From Ylistrum balloti (taxonomy: Eukaryota), in NCBI RefSeq assembly GCF_031769215.1, contig NW_026781917.1:2294001-2358000 (forward strand): 64,000 bases of DNA. The letters run 5' to 3'. The notes below the pieces were generated by a model. It worked only from the letters and a program-made list of their open reading frames with translations. It was not told where the DNA came from and made no database searches. This document shows, piece by piece, positions 59,925-64,000 of this stretch. How positions within the stretch are numbered: position 1 is the stretch's first letter; every line of letters begins with the position of its first letter. Both the position numbers and the translations under genes were made by a program.

Positions 59925-62517
59925 TATACTGAAATGAGCAGAAGTACTCCTACTGTAATATATATATATACACAGCAGTATCTCTATTACCAAGTCCAGT
60001 TAGGAGTGGAAATATTTATAAATATGGCTAAAATATATATCACAGATACGCAGAATAAAATCAATACACACAGTGTATATCTACAGCAATATATATATAT
60101 ATACTGCATTACACCAAGTAGGACCTACCCCAAAGTTAGCAGGTCCAACAATATATTGTCAATCTGATAAAATATTCTTTAATAAGGTCAAGCACACAAA
60201 ATGGCAGCTACATATGACAGCAGAATACTTCCATTGTGATACCTCAAAGTATTTGCAATTAAATTGTATAATCTGTGATGACCAATTAAAACTTCAATGT
60301 ATGTTTAAGTTCAAATTCTAATTAAGAAAAAATAATTGATATGAAAATTCTTTTCTTGAAATGTTAAGTGGAAAAAAAATCAAAAGAATATCAAATTTGA
60401 AATCTTAACTGTTTTGAATTTATTGAGGGCAGTTAGATGTCCTACTGACTCACTATTGAGAAACAATATATCTATAGATCTGAAGTAATATTGACATGGC
60501 TTTGGAAAAAAACCCTTATCTTATACATAAGATGATAAATAGAATATATATATCATTGAAAATGGTAATCAAATTATCAACAGAAACAAAAAACAAAAAA
60601 AATACAATTCAAAGCATTTTGAGTGTTGTTTGCAGATTTGAAATGACAGGAATATAAAGTCTTACTTCCCCTACTAATCAAGTGTGGCATATGAATACAT
60701 ACTATGATCTTTTTTCTTCTATTTCACATTTTCCTTGTTTACTCAAAATCAACAAGGAGAAAAGTTATTATTTTAATTGATTAATTAATTGTTTCAAGGG
60801 TCTTAAATCAATAAAACTATTGAATAATCCATTTCCAATTTCAATATGATGTGTTCACTTTTCCCCTACTTTTATTAGTATTAACCTAACCTTTTTTTAC
60901 AGAAAAACTGGATGAAAATGAAATACCAGTAGTCAATTTCAGAGATGAAAAAATCATATCATTACACATCAATATATCATAACTGGGTCATTTAATCTAC
61001 TTTTAAAATAGAAAGAATTTTCATTAAAAAATCAAAACAAAAAGTACCACCCTTTTACCAGAAGGGAGATAACTCTTAAAGTATTGAGATTGTAAATGAG
61101 ATTACAGGACTAACAATACATTTAAGTCACGAAAATTGGAAGTAAGACTTAACTGCCAACATATCAAATGTCTAGAAATCTTGATTTTGTTATAAAAAAT
61201 TTTACTTAACAACAATCTAGCTATAGACAGACACATTATTTGCTTTGTAGACTATTGTTACACAATAAAAACATTTTTTCTAAGGTCTCTATAAATGTAA
61301 AATTTAAGACTTGCAACATATCAAATAAAATCATTCACAAGAAGAGTTGTAGTTCGGAATGTGGAGATTACGAAATTATCTCCCCTTATTAAGTTTAAAT
61401 AGCTACAACTCCTAGCTATTCACTTACAATATCCTTGTCCAGATCCTTCATAGTCTAGTAGAAGAATCTATGGTCTTAGTATTAAAGAAATGATAGCCAA
61501 TCAACGAATGTATTTTCAAGTCAAGTAAAAAACAAAGCATTTATGTTGTTTACTACTTCTGTGGATGATTTTTCCAATAAATTCCTGTTTATTTATTGTA
61601 CACCAATTTTATTGGATAAAATGAATTTTGTTGAAATCAGATACAGGAATATTTGAGTAAAATGATTTTAAAATGAACAAGTGTACAGAAATCTGTCCAC
61701 ATGCAGTCTATGCTATGATAGTAGTGTAATGTGTATAATAGCTTATTTCAGTAACATATCTGTACCTAAACAATTTTTACTATGATAAATGTTGGCACGT
61801 GAGAGGTCTTTCTACCTATTTATAAATGTCCACATCCATCACTTACTATCTTTATGGCTATTTGTAGACATTGGCTACCATCTAGTTTTATCCTAAAGGG
61901 TATTCATCATATCAACTATGTATGCTAACTTTTCTCTTAAAATTCATGTTTGTCATAAAATTAGTGCTTAATTGGATTTTTCTGGTGTATATATAACACT
62001 GATGTCTGTCTTACATTTCTGTGCTAATTTTTGTTTTAAAAACCAAACATGATCAGGAACAGTCTCCAAGGAATTAGCTTTACCAATAATGCGTGAGTGT
62101 TACTTCACCATGTTTGGGAGATGACAAATACAGCTCCCAGGTAAATTTGGCTTCATTCTGTTGAAGTGCAATTTTTTCACCTTATCTGCCAGATATTGTC
62201 AGGCATGTGCACAATCACAGCTCCCCTGGGCCTCACAATGAATTGTCTCCAATTGTTACGGCAAATGATTGCATCCAAACATGAAAGTTAACACTTAAGA
62301 AATATAATGAAAATAATGGTCATGTTGTTTTTGTTGACACTCACCAATCCTTAATTGTGATATTACTAATTCCTGGTTCTGTATTTGTAACAAAGCAATA
62401 CATTGGTTGACATATTATGACTCGTCAACTCTTGTGACATCACTAACACATACCTGATTCAGTATGTGTAATCATTCAACATATTGGTTCTTCATGTAGT
62501 AATTTCACCGTCACACC

Positions 62518-63294
62518 TCAAACATAACTAGGTTGCTGGCGAGATTTTTTAATATCTGGGCTATATTTTATATAGGGTTTAATTTCTGCCGTCATTGTCA
62601 CTGGTTTGGAATACCTGTAAGAAGATGGAGCTTTCTGCTTCTCCGCAGTGTCCATGTGCCTTACAGAAGCACGCAATTGTTCCAGGGGAGGCAACTGCTG
62701 ATGGTAAGGATCAGGACTATTTGTGGTCAACCTCTGGTTGCTAAGGGAGTACTGAGTCTGTGTGCGTAGTAAGGGAGACATTGTTTGTGGACTCACAAAT
62801 TTGCCACCATTGACCTTGAGTACCATTCGTGATTTGTTACGACTTTCGTTAATTCGGTGTACAACAGAACCTTTACAGAGCCTCTCTTTATTGTACATCA
62901 GAGCTCGCCGTGTTTCTTTGTCCATTGTTTTGTCACTCTTTGGTCGAACAGCCAGACTTCCAGTACACTCTACACCCTCAATTAGGGCAAGGTCATCTTG
63001 TATGTTCTCATTGTATCCGTTCATAACTGTTTTTTTGTCCAGAATGAGTGACTGTCGTGTAGAGCTACGTATGCTCATGGATTTTCCTGTCTGCCGTGAA
63101 ACACTGCGTGTGGTTGCACTGTCAATCCTATCAAACTTTCCAGAATTCATTTGCTTCCTGTTGATGAGCATCCTGTGAAGTTTGTCATTGGTTCGGGACG
63201 ACATGACTGACACTGTGCTCATGTTTGGCGCTTCTGATAAAGTGTTAATCTGTATCGGCTCAAAGTATACATTACCATTGTAGCCATTCCAAGC
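62518..63294 (-). CDS. Terminal coding exon (258 aa + stop) of an unidentified convergent gene; Ser/Arg/Lys-rich, likely disordered C-terminus
   Basis: 777-nt open frame starting at acceptor TTGCAG|GCT TGG AAT (AWNGYNGNVYFEP...QQPSYV*); exon-like GC content; phase 0 matches the upstream donor. Confidence 0.85.
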   Translation of the reverse strand, partial: AWNGYNGNVYFEPIQINTLSEAPNMSTVSVMSSRTNDKLHRMLINRKQMNSGKFDRIDSATTRSVSRQTGKSMSIRSSTRQSLILDKKTVMNGYNENIQDDLALIEGVECTGSLAVRPKSDKTMDKETRRALMYNKERLCKGSVVHRINESRNKSRMVLKVNGGKFVSPQTMSPLLRTQTQYSLSNQRLTTNSPDPYHQQLPPLEQLRASVRHMDTAEKQKAPSSYRYSKPVTMTAEIKPYIKYSPDIKKSRQQPSYV

Positions 63295-63489
63295 CTGCAA
63301 TAGACAACATCTAATCGTTATCATATTTAATAACACTAAGTAAACAATGTGTTAACAGCCTGATGAATTTTAAATGTATGTAAACTTCCTTGAGATTAAA
63401 TCTTTAAAGAAGCATTTATCAAAAATTCCTACAGATTCACCGGTATCATGTGTTATATACCATAACTCTTTCGCTTGAACACAAGTCAC

Positions 63490-63832
63490 AGGTATAATTG
63501 TGCAGTACCATAACACCTGAACTTTAGCATAAATCGCAGGTAAGAAGTGTAAGGTAGGATAACACCTTAAGCACAAATCATCAGTATGATGTGTAAAGTA
63601 CTATAACACTTTAACTCTAGCATAGATTATAGGTATGATGTGTCAGGTACCATAACACCTTAAGTCTAAACACAAATCACACATGTGATGTATAAGGTAC
63701 CATAACACCTTAAGTCTAAACACAAATCACACATGTGATGTATAAGGTACCATAGCACCTTAAGTCTAAACACAAATCACACATGTGATGTATAAGGTAC
63801 CACAACACCTTAAGTCTAAACACAAATCACAA
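63490..63832. repeat. 50-bp tandem repeat in the last intron of the minus-strand gene
   Basis: taagtctaaacacaaatcacacatgtgatgtataaggtaccataacacct at 63661/63711/63761/63811, with degenerate copies upstream. Confidence 0.9.
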
Positions 63833-63948
63833 ATCATACATTGAATTTTAAAATTCTTAACACATGTATCATACTCTTTGTCCCTAACCCCTTTTTTCTA
63901 ATATTTTGAGGTCAAATTTCACAAAAAAAGTTCTAAGGACAAGCTTAC

Positions 63949-64000
63949 CTTGAGGGGTGGCATGGGCCTTGGCTTTTCTTGTGTGACATAATAATACTGA
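63949..64000 (-). CDS. Partial penultimate exon of the same minus-strand gene (cut by window edge)
   Basis: ...QYYYVTQEKPRPMPPLK ending AAG|GTAAGC; joins in frame to AWNGY. Confidence 0.8.

Overview
AT-rich eukaryotic (animal) genomic DNA; the repeat content and intron style suggest a lophotrochozoan, probably a bivalve mollusc (inference only). Most of the window is one complete gene on the + strand: cytoplasmic dynein-2 heavy chain (DYNC2H1, the retrograde IFT motor). I traced it by hand as 72 GT-AG coding exons from ATG 194 to TGA 56653; they sum to 12,888 nt, or 4,295 aa with no frame break. A convergent, unidentified gene enters from the right on the - strand (last exon 63294-62518, part of the previous exon 64000-63949). 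Main unexplained signals: (1) a 21-nt in-frame microexon candidate (38936-38956, MNEIPAG) in a 4.2-kb intron, at the junction where I recall human DYNC2H1 has its 21-nt alternative exon; (2) a sense-strand hammerhead ribozyme (about 34566-34675) in intron 48, closed by a 23-bp stem; (3) a weaker second 21-nt cassette in the other 4-kb intron; (4) repeated local duplication of splice junctions, including nine tandem 5' splice-site copies. There are also several intronic minisatellites and two MITE-like elements. No tRNA, rRNA or CRISPR was found.
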